NCBI GenBank assembly: GCA_963743305.1
Contig: CAVUPH010000005.1
Span: 1-50,469 of the forward strand
Origin: an uncultured delta proteobacterium
GTDB taxonomy: Bacteria; Desulfobacterota; RBG-13-43-22
Reading direction: 5' to 3'
DNA: 50,469 nt
A program made the translations under genes and the position numbers. Of this stretch, positions 37,993 through 48,103 are shown piece by piece. The notes beneath the pieces are model-generated. The model was given only the letters and a program-made list of their open reading frames with translations, searched no databases and had not been told where the DNA came from. The first letter of the stretch is position 1. Each line of letters opens with the position of its first letter.

Positions 37993-40002
37993 TTAGAATC
38001 TGTAAGTCAGCTTAACCCGAAAGCTGCGTCCATCCTGGGGAATTTGGGCTTGGCGGAAATCTTCGGAGACGGGGTCCCCGTAGGCATAGTCAAAAAGGTT
38101 GTAGATGCTGGCTGAAAAATCCAGGTTTTTCCAAATCCTGGGGGCAAACAGGGTCAGGTTGGTGATCCAGAGCGCATCGGTTGCGCTTCCGGTCAGGGTC
38201 TTTCGCGAACTCATGTACCGCTGTTCCAGCCCGGCAAAAAACTTCTCTTTAACGATCGGAGCGGTTAGGTTGAGCTTGATCATGTGCCGCGGAGAATTGG
38301 ATAGTTCAGCCCCGTTTTCCTGAACCCGCGTTTCTTGGTAAGTGTAACTGAGCCGGCCCTCCCAGCCGTTGGGCCAACGGCCGTTCAGAGCCAGCTCTAT
38401 TCCCTTGGCTTCAATGGGTTTGGCGTTTTCAAAGGTCGTCGAGTTATCGGTAGGGTCCACCTTTTCATCGATCAGGTTGTCGATTTGGTAATAGTAAAAC
38501 GAGCACAATCCTCGGAGGGTTTTGCTGAATTGCTGTTCCACCACGAGTTCATAGGTTTGGATAGTTTCCGGTTTAAGTTCCGGATTGCCCTTCTGTGTGG
38601 TTGAAAAATAATAGAGTTCAAAATTTTGAGGTGCTCGGAAGGCCCTTCCGTAAAGGAGTTTGAGGGTCGTATTGTCGGCGGGGTTGAAAATGACGGCTCC
38701 CCGGGGATTGGTGGTGGCGCCGAAAGTACTGTAATAGTCATAACGCAACCCGAAATTGAGGGCCAGCCGCTGAGTCAGGTAATAATCCCCCTGAACGTAG
38801 GTTCCCCAGAAGGTCGAATTTCGACGGTCATCCAAATATCGGGTATAGGGGTCGATGTCATAATTCCCTTGGTCCTGCTGGAGGTTGAGCGTGTATTCCA
38901 TCCCTAAAGTCAGCTTCAGATTTCCCCGGATCACTTTAGTGGCCTTAATCTCCGTCCCAGCCCACTGGCCATAGGTATAATCCTTGTTTAAGGTACGGGG
39001 AGGGTAATCATACAGATAATGGCCGTAATAGGAGTAATAGTCATAGAAAAGCCGGGCCAGGACATCCCACTCCCGGCCGAAGGATTTTTCATAGCGCAAA
39101 TCCAGATAGGCCCTTTCATCCGTGGTAAAGGTTTCCGTGTTATTAAAGATGGTGCCAAACGCGGCGGTCGGTATGGCCTTCCAACGGTATTGGTAGGCCC
39201 CCACCAGGGTCAGTTCCTTCCAAGAGCCCTTGGTAAAAAGACTTCTGGATTGGTCCTGGTCGCGGTTCGGGACTCGCCCGTTGTTGGTGGCCGGGTCGTC
39301 GAACTCCCTGAAATGAAGATTCCGCTGTCCCTGACTTTCCAGGTAGGAGCCGGACAGCAGGAAATCCGTCTGTCCGGGTTGATTACGATACCCATAGCTC
39401 ATTCGCCCGTTATACGTTTCAAAAGTCCCTACGGCCCCGGAAACTTCGACCCCTTTCAGATCCTTCCCTTTCCTGGTGAAGATATTGATGACCCCAAAAA
39501 AAGCGCTGTCCCCATACAGGGAGGATCTGGGACCCCGGATAATCTCCACCCGATCGATCAAATCCAGATCGACAGGGAAGTCGGTACCGATAGGGGCCTG
39601 AGAGTAGAGATTATCATTAAGCTTGTGGCCGTCCACCAACATCAGGATACGCGAATTGTAGTCACTGGGCCGTCCGAAGCCCCGAACGCCAACATAACTA
39701 TAATTTCGATCATAGGTGGTGTAAAAACCAGGGACGCTGTTCAGCAGCTCAGCCAGGGTCCTCCACCCGTAGTGCTGGATATCCCGGCTGGTTAGAACGG
39801 TCACCGAGGAAGGGGCCTCTTTTATTTTCTGAAGATACCGCGAGGCCCCGTATACGCTGGTGATCCTCAAGTCCATCAATTCCTCAATTCCCAGGGCGGC
39901 CACATCCGGCAACTCTTCTTTTTCCTGGGCACTTGAGGAAAAAGGGAAGGTAGTCAGCGACAAAAGAAAAATTAGACTGAATATCAATAAATGGACATTC
40001 AT
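37993..40002 (-). CDS. TonB-dependent receptor-like outer-membrane protein, second paralog
   Basis: Signal peptide, LGIEELM..ITSVYGASR, VRGF, IDRVEIIRGP.SSLYG...GVINI, NLFD and terminal ...KLTYRF. Confidence 0.93.
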   Translation of the reverse strand: MNVHLLIFSLIFLLSLTTFPFSSSAQEKEELPDVAALGIEELMDLRITSVYGASRYLQKIKEAPSSVTVLTSRDIQHYGWRTLAELLNSVPGFYTTYDRNYSYVGVRGFGRPSDYNSRILMLVDGHKLNDNLYSQAPIGTDFPVDLDLIDRVEIIRGPRSSLYGDSAFFGVINIFTRKGKDLKGVEVSGAVGTFETYNGRMSYGYRNQPGQTDFLLSGSYLESQGQRNLHFREFDDPATNNGRVPNRDQDQSRSLFTKGSWKELTLVGAYQYRWKAIPTAAFGTIFNNTETFTTDERAYLDLRYEKSFGREWDVLARLFYDYYSYYGHYLYDYPPRTLNKDYTYGQWAGTEIKATKVIRGNLKLTLGMEYTLNLQQDQGNYDIDPYTRYLDDRRNSTFWGTYVQGDYYLTQRLALNFGLRYDYYSTFGATTNPRGAVIFNPADNTTLKLLYGRAFRAPQNFELYYFSTTQKGNPELKPETIQTYELVVEQQFSKTLRGLCSFYYYQIDNLIDEKVDPTDNSTTFENAKPIEAKGIELALNGRWPNGWEGRLSYTYQETRVQENGAELSNSPRHMIKLNLTAPIVKEKFFAGLEQRYMSSRKTLTGSATDALWITNLTLFAPRIWKNLDFSASIYNLFDYAYGDPVSEDFRQAQIPQDGRSFRVKLTYRF

Positions 40003-40254
40003 CCATCTTTTGTTGATTAACCATTGGATCCGAACGGCATCGATGAGGGTGGCCAGGCCAACGAGGGGAGGATCTATTCTTGTCCATTTCGCTCTCTGGG
40101 ATTTCCCTTGAGGTTATGATTTTTTCCTAACGGAAGGCCTTCATTTAGACGAGCTTCGACAACTTTTCGTGGTGGTGCCGTATCAATTCCAAGGCCAAGC
40201 CAAGGGTCTTCCCTAGCGGTTGTCAGCCGGAAATTGAACTTCCCCTTGGGCTTT

Positions 40255-40272
40255 ATGCACAAATTCTGCCAA
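40255..40272 (-). promoter_or_regulatory. Sigma-54 (-24/-12) promoter candidate for the whole signalling cluster
   Basis: Minus strand TTGGCAGAATTTGTGCAT = TGGC...GG-N10-GC, with an AT-rich tract upstream. Confidence 0.65.
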
Positions 40273-40485
40273 GTCTCGGAAAAATCATCTTTTTGTTAAG
40301 ATGATTCGGCCAAGAAAGGAAGATATTAAATTTATTTGGTTTAAACAGGATGTTGCCCGTTGTCAGCCGTTGTTTTTTATCAAAAGGTAGACTTTTCCTT
40401 GATTGAATTGAAGAGCGTATAGGTCTTTTACATAGTCATTATTATGACTTCCCAGGTCCTGACCAGGAGGTTTTCCGATTTTGGC

Positions 40486-40514
40486 TTGATCTTCGCCGCC
40501 ATTTACTGCACAAT
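40486..40514 (+). promoter_or_regulatory. Candidate sigma-70 promoter for corA (TTGATC-N17-CACAAT)
   Basis: 4/6 match at -35 and 4/6 at -10 with a 17-nt spacer. Confidence 0.35.
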
Positions 40515-40623
40515 TCAAAATCCAAAGAAAAAAGTAATTTTAGTCGACTTTGGAGAGCGGAAGGATTTCAGATGCGTCCCCTTGTTCCAGATGCCCAAGC
40601 GCTAGTCGGGTAGGACTTTCCCG

Positions 40624-41691
40624 ATGCCCCCTACTTTCAGAAAACGATCACAAAAAACCGGGCTGCCGCCGGGGGCCTTAATTCACGTGGGCGAGCAGAA
40701 GAGCGAGCGGACCCGCATCACCCTGCTGGATTATGACGAACAGCACGTGGAGGAAAAAGAGCTTCCGGTGGTCGAGGAATGTCTCCTCTCCAAGGATAAA
40801 GAATCAGTCACCTGGATCAACGTGAGCGGTTTGCACCAGGTAGAACTCCTGGAAAGGTTAAACGACTGCTTCGGACTCCATCCCCTGGTCCTGGAAGACA
40901 TTTTAAATACGGATCAACGCCCCAAAATGGAGGACTTCGGGGATTATCTATATATCGTCCTGAGGATGCTGGACTTGGACAAAAAGAATGAAAATGCCAT
41001 TGTCAGCGAGCAGATCAGCCTGATTCTGGGTAAGAATTTTGTTTTGACCTTTCAGGAAAAGGAGGGGGACCTTTTTGACCCCTTGAGGGCACGTATCCGC
41101 AACGGCAAGGGCCGGTTGAGAAAAATGGGACCTGATTACCTGGTGCACGCCCTTTTGGACGCCATTGTGGACCAGTATTTCGTGGTGCTGGAAAAACTGG
41201 GGGAGCGTATAGAATTCCTGGAAGAAGAATTGGTTACCCGACCTACCCCTTCTACCCTCCAGATACTTCATAGATTAAAACGGGAGATGATCTTTTTACG
41301 CAAGTCGGTCTGGCCCCTGAGAGAAGTGGTCGGGACTTTGGAAAGGGGTGAATCTTCTCTAATCCAGGCCTCCACTAACTTGTATTTGCGTGACGTCTAC
41401 GACCACACCATTCAAGTCATCGACAATGTCGAGACTTTTCGCGACATGCTTTCCGGGATGCTCGATATTTATCTCTCCAGTATCAGCAACCGCATGAATG
41501 AAATCATGAAGGTCCTGACCATCATTTCCACCATTTTTATTCCTTTGACTTTCATCGTCGGCTTGTACGGCATGAATTTTAAATTTATGCCGGAATTGGA
41601 ATGGCCCTGGGGGTATCCCGCGGTCCTATTGCTGATGGTGGGGGTTACGGTCTTTATGCTCTTTTATTTCAGACGCAAAAAATGGCTTTAA
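40624..41691 (+). CDS. corA: Magnesium/cobalt transporter CorA
   Basis: LHPLVLEDI..TDQRPK, YGMNF..MPEL signature, two C-terminal TMs. Confidence 0.96.
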   Translation: MPPTFRKRSQKTGLPPGALIHVGEQKSERTRITLLDYDEQHVEEKELPVVEECLLSKDKESVTWINVSGLHQVELLERLNDCFGLHPLVLEDILNTDQRPKMEDFGDYLYIVLRMLDLDKKNENAIVSEQISLILGKNFVLTFQEKEGDLFDPLRARIRNGKGRLRKMGPDYLVHALLDAIVDQYFVVLEKLGERIEFLEEELVTRPTPSTLQILHRLKREMIFLRKSVWPLREVVGTLERGESSLIQASTNLYLRDVYDHTIQVIDNVETFRDMLSGMLDIYLSSISNRMNEIMKVLTIISTIFIPLTFIVGLYGMNFKFMPELEWPWGYPAVLLLMVGVTVFMLFYFRRKKWL

Positions 41692-41710
41692 AGGCCGTTA
41701 AAAAGGGAGG

Positions 41711-41825
41711 TTAGTAATTTAGGCCAGGATTCGAAGTCCGGAGTACCGTTGGAAAGCCCTTTCGCCGAGACCCCACGGCCAGACCGGATCTGGGGGGTAC
41801 TCACCCCAAAGGGCGAAGCGTCAAA
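41711..41825. repeat. Dispersed repeat family X, copy C (115 bp)
   Basis: About 86% identical to 3666-3780, same orientation, no gaps. Confidence 0.92.
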
Positions 41826-41893
41826 AAGGATTATACGTCCACCCGATAATAATCAGCCGTTTAGTTACCCAAAAAAACGCTTCATTAAACCAC

Positions 41894-43051
41894 ATGAAAT
41901 TCCTGAAAATCATCTTCAAAAACACCCTGCGCCACAAATTGCGCACCGGCCTGACCGTTTTGGGCATCGCCGTCGCCCTGCTGGCCTTTTGCCTGCTGCG
42001 AACCGTCATCCAGGCCTGGTACGCCGGAGTGGAGGCATCTTCGGCCAACCGGATGATCACCCGGAACGCCGTCTCGCTGATCTTTCCCCTGCCTCTGTCC
42101 TATCTCCCCAAAATCCGGCAGATACCGGAAGTGCGCAATGTATCCTACGCCAACTGGTTCGGCGGGATCTACATCGATGAAAAACACTTTTTTCCTCAGT
42201 TTGCCATTGACTCCAAAAACTTTTTCAACCTCTATCCCGAGATCGGCATTCTTCCGGAGCAGAAGGCCGCCTTTCTAAGAGAGCGAAATTCCTGCCTGGT
42301 GGGCCGAAAGTTGGCCGCCAAATACCAATGGAAAATCGGAGAGGTCATCCCCCTCCGCGGGGTCATCTTTCCGGGCAATTGGGAGTTTGTCCTCCGGGGG
42401 ATCTATCGGGGGGCACAGAAAACCGTGGATGAGACCCAATTCTTCTTTCATTGGGATTATCTCAACGAGCAGGTTAAAAAGGTCTCCCCGACCCGGGCCA
42501 ACCTGGTGGGCTGGTATGTGATCCAATTGAAGGATCCCTTTAAAGCCCCGGAGGTGGCTCGGATCGTGGACCAGGGCTTCAAGAATTCCCTGGCCGAGAC
42601 CTTGACGGAAACGGAAAAGGCCTTTCAGTTGGGTTTCGTGGCCATGACCGAGGCCATCGTGGTCTCCATCCAGGTGATTTCCATCGTGGTGATCGTCATC
42701 ATTATGATCGTCCTGGCCAACACCATGGCCATGACCGCCCGCGAACGGATCGGAGAATATGCCATCTTGAAGACCCTGGGATTCGGACCCGGGTACATCC
42801 TCTGGCTCATTGCCGGGGAATCGCTCTTGATCGCCCTGGCCGGCGGGCTACTGGGAATACTCCTGACTTTCCCGATGGTTCAAGTGGTGGGTAAACCGTT
42901 GGCCACATTTTTCCCAATCTTCATTGTCACCGCCAAAACCCTTTGGCTGGCCATTGGAGCTTCGGCCTTGGTGGGTTTGTCGGCGGCCGTCTTCCCGGTC
43001 TGGCGGGCATCCACTATCCGCATCGCCGAGGGATTGCGGGGAATCGGGTAA
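41894..43051 (+). CDS. ABC transporter permease, MacB/FtsX-type
   Basis: N-terminal TM (RHKLRTGLT), large periplasmic domain, NTMAMTARERIGEYAILKTLGF, three C-terminal TMs. Confidence 0.9.
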   Translation: MKFLKIIFKNTLRHKLRTGLTVLGIAVALLAFCLLRTVIQAWYAGVEASSANRMITRNAVSLIFPLPLSYLPKIRQIPEVRNVSYANWFGGIYIDEKHFFPQFAIDSKNFFNLYPEIGILPEQKAAFLRERNSCLVGRKLAAKYQWKIGEVIPLRGVIFPGNWEFVLRGIYRGAQKTVDETQFFFHWDYLNEQVKKVSPTRANLVGWYVIQLKDPFKAPEVARIVDQGFKNSLAETLTETEKAFQLGFVAMTEAIVVSIQVISIVVIVIIMIVLANTMAMTARERIGEYAILKTLGFGPGYILWLIAGESLLIALAGGLLGILLTFPMVQVVGKPLATFFPIFIVTAKTLWLAIGASALVGLSAAVFPVWRASTIRIAEGLRGIG

Positions 43052-43076
43052 AAAAGTTACCAAAAAGGACTGGAAG

Positions 43077-43121
43077 CCTTACTCAATACGCCTAACGCCT
43101 TGCACCTTACGACTTACGACT
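43077..43121. repeat. Degenerate heptamer repeat (CCTTACG-type)
   Basis: ccttact caatacg cctaacg ccttgca ccttacg acttacg. Confidence 0.65.
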
Positions 43122-43135
43122 AGAAAGGAATCTAT

Positions 43136-43945
43136 ATGACCCAACCCTACACCCCCTTCGCAGCGGTTGATTTTTCTCTAATCGATCAGCGGATTTTTTA
43201 TCCGCGGCGCGACCCGCACGCCCGGCCTCCCGTCGGGGCGGAAGATCATTCCTTCCCTGTTGAGCCGGGGATTGAAATCGGAGGCCGCTATTATCTGGCC
43301 GAACCCTCCGGGCCCCATCTGCTTTTCTTTCATGGCAACGGGGAAATCGCCTCCGACTACGACGAACTGGGCCCTTTGTACAATCGCTGGGGAATAAGCC
43401 TTTTGGTAGCGGACTACCGGGGCTATGGAAAAAGCCAGGGGACGCCTTCCGTAACCACCCTGCTCCCCGACGCCCTGGCGGTCTTCGACCAGGTTCACGA
43501 ATGGACAAAGGAAACAGAGCGCACCGGCCCCTTTCTGATCATGGGTCGCTCCCTGGGCAGCGCCCCGGCCATTGAAATCGCTTACCGGCGCAAGGAAAAA
43601 ATCGCCGCCCTGATCCTGGACAGCGCCTTCGCCTATTCCCTGCCCCTCCTCCGACTGATCGGCATTCCGGTGGAAGACTTGGGACTTCGCGAAGAAGACG
43701 GTTTCAAAAATTATGAAAAAATATTTTTCATTTCCAAACCCACTTTACTGATCGCCGGACAGCAGGATGAACTGATCCCGCCGACCGAGTCCGAAATCCT
43801 CCTGCAGAATTCCGGGGCCCACCGGAAAGAACTGACCTTGGTCCCCGGCGCGGGGCACAACGATATCTTCGCCCGCTGCGGGGAGGGCTATTTTGAGCTG
43901 GTGTCCCGCTTTGTCAAACCGTTCATGAGGAAACAGAAAAAATGA
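43136..43945 (+). CDS. Alpha/beta hydrolase (BEM46/ABHD-like)
   Basis: FFHGNGE, DYRGYG, GRSLGS, QQDELI and AGHND catalytic motifs. Confidence 0.9.
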   Translation: MTQPYTPFAAVDFSLIDQRIFYPRRDPHARPPVGAEDHSFPVEPGIEIGGRYYLAEPSGPHLLFFHGNGEIASDYDELGPLYNRWGISLLVADYRGYGKSQGTPSVTTLLPDALAVFDQVHEWTKETERTGPFLIMGRSLGSAPAIEIAYRRKEKIAALILDSAFAYSLPLLRLIGIPVEDLGLREEDGFKNYEKIFFISKPTLLIAGQQDELIPPTESEILLQNSGAHRKELTLVPGAGHNDIFARCGEGYFELVSRFVKPFMRKQKK

Positions 43946-44015
43946 AACGTGGCGCCACGGAAGAAAGGTCTTCCCCTCCAAGAAAAAGTTTGAAAATCGC
44001 TGGGGATAAAAATAA

Positions 44016-44855
44016 TCAGCCCGCGAACCGTAGCCGGATCCAAGACAGGAGAAAAAGCAGACAACTGATCAGGATGATAGTGGCCCCGGCCGGGGTGTCC
44101 AGGTAGAAGGAAAGCAGGATGCCGGTGAGGCCGGAGAAGGAGGCGACGCCTACGGCGATCCAGAATAGACTGGCTATTCCTTGAGCCAGGTTCCGGGCCG
44201 TGGCCGCCGGGATGACCAGCAGAGCGGTCACCATAAAAAGGCCTACGGCCCGAAGGCTGAAAGTCACTACCAGGGCCAGCAGGACGGCAAACAGGTATTC
44301 GGTTCTTCCGGCGGCGATCCCCCGGGAGGCGGCCAGATTCGTATTCAGGCTGATCAGAATCAGGCGGTTGAACCAACCGGCCATGAGGACGAATATCACC
44401 CCCCCTACCAGGAAAAGAATAACCAATTCCCCGTCGGTCAGGGACAGAATCGCCCCATACAAGTAGGCATCAAAGTTCCGGGTTTCCTGCCGGACGAAGA
44501 GCAGGGTAATCCCTATGGCCACCAGGCCCGAAAGGATGACGCTGATGATCGTATCCGAGGAGAGATCGGACCGGCTTTTTAAATGCGTGATAAACAGCCC
44601 GGATAAGACTGCCCAGCCCGATCACCGAATAAAAAGGATCCAGACCGAAAAGGACCCCCAAGGCCACCCCGGTGAAGGTGGAGTGACTGATGGCATCCGA
44701 AAAAAAAGCCATCCGGAAATTGACCACATGCACCCCCATGACGGCGCACAGCGGGGCAATGACCCCCATGGCCAGCACGGCCCGCCACATGAAAGGAAAA
44801 CTGGGCCCATTCGAAGGGGACCCAGGATTGGAGGACGGCATAGAGGGGGTTGCAT
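44016..44855 (-). CDS. Metal (Zn/Mn) ABC permease, ZnuB-like (several frameshifts)
   Basis: Corrected start MQPLYAVLQSWVPFEWAQFPFMWRA; RMAFFSDAISH, YLYGAIL, VGLFMVTALLVIPAATA and DTPAGATI. Confidence 0.85.
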
Positions 44856-44870
44856 GTTCAGAATCCAACC

Positions 44871-45033
44871 AGGGAGAAGGGAGAAGGAAAGGAGAGGGAA
44901 GATGGAAGAGGGAAGAGGGAAGCGATAGGTTTTGAAAACGATTCGACGGATCTCCTTTGCCCCCCTTATTCTGAGCGGGGGAATCCTTCCGCCGGTCACC
45001 TCCCTTTGGCAAAGGGAGATGGGGAGGGATTTT
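44871..45033. repeat. GGGAAGA heptamer tract plus REP-like CTCCCTTTGGCAAAGGGAG palindrome between znuC and znuB
   Basis: Purine heptamer tract at 44871-44921; hairpins at 44949-45033. Confidence 0.7.
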
Positions 45034-45070
45034 TGAATGATCGAAAACGAATGAAAGAAATTCGAAAATT

Positions 45071-45922
<852 letters not shown>

Positions 45923-45932
45923 AATGGCCTCC

Positions 45933-46894
45933 TTAGCGAAATATTCTTTTCATGGCTTCCAGGTTGGCTCTTCATCACCCGTTCATAGGTGTCGGCAGCC
46001 GGCTGACCGGTAGCCACGGGGTCCAGAAGAAGAATCGGGGTCCCGGTTTCCCGGGCCAGAGTCCGGGCGGTCTTATCGGAATACTGGGGTTCGGTGACAA
46101 TGGCCGTCACCCCGTCCTTTTTGATCACCCGGATCAACCGGGCCATTTCCCGCGGAGAGGGCTCGACACCGGGGGCCGATTGGATCGAACCCCACATCCT
46201 GCCAACCCAGGTCTCGGGCCAGATAATCGAAACTGTTGTGAACGGTCAAAACCTTTTTATTCCGGGAACGGCCCACCAGAGACTTCATTTCCTCAAACAA
46301 GTTCTCCAGCTTCCGTTGATACGCCTTTCCGTTGGCCCGATAAAGCTCGGCTCGACCCGGATCAATCCGGGCCAGGCCCTCGGCGATGGCCTTAACCATC
46401 AAGGCCGCCTGTTTCGGCGAGACCCAGGCATGCCCGTTCACCGCGGTTTCCGCATCGGAAAGATCGTGGCTGACCGATCGTTTTCTCTTTTCAGGCGGAT
46501 GATCGGTATCCGGTCCTTCCAAGGGCGCTATCCCTTCCGTAGCGATAATCCACTGGACTCGGGGATGGGCCTGTTTGAAGGGTTTGGTCAAGAATTCTTC
46601 CAGGCCCAACCCATTCACGATGATCACCTCAGCTTGAGCAATTCGCTTCATTTCCCCGGGAGTTAAATCATAGTCATGAGGGCAACCCAGATTGGGAGGC
46701 AAAAGCATCTCCACCCGGACCCCGGCTGTCTTCCCCACCACGTTCAAGGTAAAAATGGTCACCGGCAGGGTCGTGGTGACGATTCGCAAACCGGTTTCTT
46801 TTGCCTTGACCTCCGCCGTTTGAGCGGTCAGGAGATTTGGAAACATAAGTCCAAAAGCGAATAACCCGACCAGAAAGGCCTTATGGCTTACCAT
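45933..46894 (-). CDS. Metal ABC substrate-binding protein, ZnuA/TroA-like (frameshifts near 3' end)
   Basis: Signal peptide, GCPHDYDL, NGLGLE, GHAWVSP, VHNSFDYL, EPS and LDP. Confidence 0.9.
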
Positions 46895-46940
46895 CTTCTT
46901 TAGAATCCCCGCTTATCCTGTTCATACGCCTCTTTTCTAA

Positions 46941-46966
46941 TTGTATAAACCGCTTGATTTATACAA
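46941..46966. promoter_or_regulatory. Palindrome TTGTATAAA-N8-TTTATACAA between divergent genes (candidate metalloregulator operator)
   Basis: Perfect 9-bp arms ~47 nt upstream of the znuA-like start. Confidence 0.55.
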
Positions 46967-47010
46967 ATAATTACTAGAATATATTTATTGAAAATCGTCA
47001 AGGATTTTGT

Positions 47011-48094
47011 ATGACCCTTTCTGCCTCGAATCATGATCGCCTGTTGGAAGAGCTGCTCCCGGCCATTCGGAAAAATTGCCGGATCTCCGATGCCACCCAC
47101 AGCGGCTTTTATTCCCTTTGCGGGTTGTTTCTGCGTTTGAAAGATCAATTCCTCTGGGAAAAGGATCTGCCCCCCTGGACCGAAACCGATAAGGCGGCTT
47201 TGATGGACTGGATCGAGGGCCGCGAGAATCTCTGGCTCAGCCATCTGGACCTACCTTTTGAGGACCTCACCCTGCAAGGTCGGGGTTTTGGTTTCCTGGA
47301 CAATCGGCGGATCAACGACCTCATTTTACCCGAGGGGCTCTATTACGGGGCCGGGTTGGGACGGGGTTTGAAACCGACTTTTTTTCTGGGAGAGGTGATC
47401 GAGCAACGGAAATTTGGCGGTTATACGGTCATCACCCTGGATCGGGAATATGCCAGCGACCTGCTGGTGACCCCGGCCGTTCGACGGGGAAAATGGATCA
47501 TCATGCGCCTGAGTCCTTTGCGTTTTCTCCTTTGGGGAAAGATCCAGGAAATAGAACACCTGGAACGGGAGGCGACCAAAGCGGCCTTGACTTATTACGG
47601 CTGGGACCCGGACCGGCCGACTGAAGCCCAGTTGGAACGCCTGGTCCGTGAGGAAATCGAGGCGTCCTCTGGCATGAGATTGGGGAAGGGCGCGACCAGA
47701 CCCTGCCTTTCAGGTTCTGGACCAACCTGTTGCGTCTTTTTCCCCACAGCCGTCTGGAAATCTATCTGCGCAGTTTGAAAGATCTGTTAGGCGACACCCA
47801 CCCGGCCGGCCCGCTGCGCCACATTGTCCAAAACCGGAAGGCCGGCTCCTGGGCTTTTTATGTTTCCAACTTGAAGGACCTGGCTCGGCTGATCGTCCCG
47901 GAAATCGTCGAGGCCTTCTATTCCTTCCAAAAAAATTCCGATTGGGGACGGATCGAACAAACCCGCCGCAAAATCCGCCGTCGATTGGTCGCTCAAGGCA
48001 ACCGAATTCGGGCTTTGGCCACTTGCTTCCCGACCAGCCGGAAGGGTTCCGGGAGGCTTTTGAGGAGGAGTTCATGATACCCCTTAAGATATAA
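47011..48094 (+). CDS. Conserved hypothetical protein (resembles the Sfum_1244 family), frameshifts ~47665 and ~48025
   Basis: NCRISDA..SG.YSLCG..LRL N-terminus, YGAGLG...KPTFFLG, then in a shifted frame LWHEIGE...RSLKDLLGDT. Family recognised from memory only. Confidence 0.65.
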
Positions 48095-48103
48095 AAAAAG
48101 ATG

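Noticed and set aside
35012-40002. Receptors as ordinary siderophore or B12 importers (btuB/cirA)
   Set aside because: No linked tonB-exbBD, ABC uptake genes or metal-control element, and each is paired with yfiR. Transport is not excluded, but a specific name is unsupported.
40003-40250. c-di-GMP or cobalamin riboswitch in the receptor leader
   Set aside because: I could not find the GEMM or B12-box consensus by eye; an Rfam scan would settle it.
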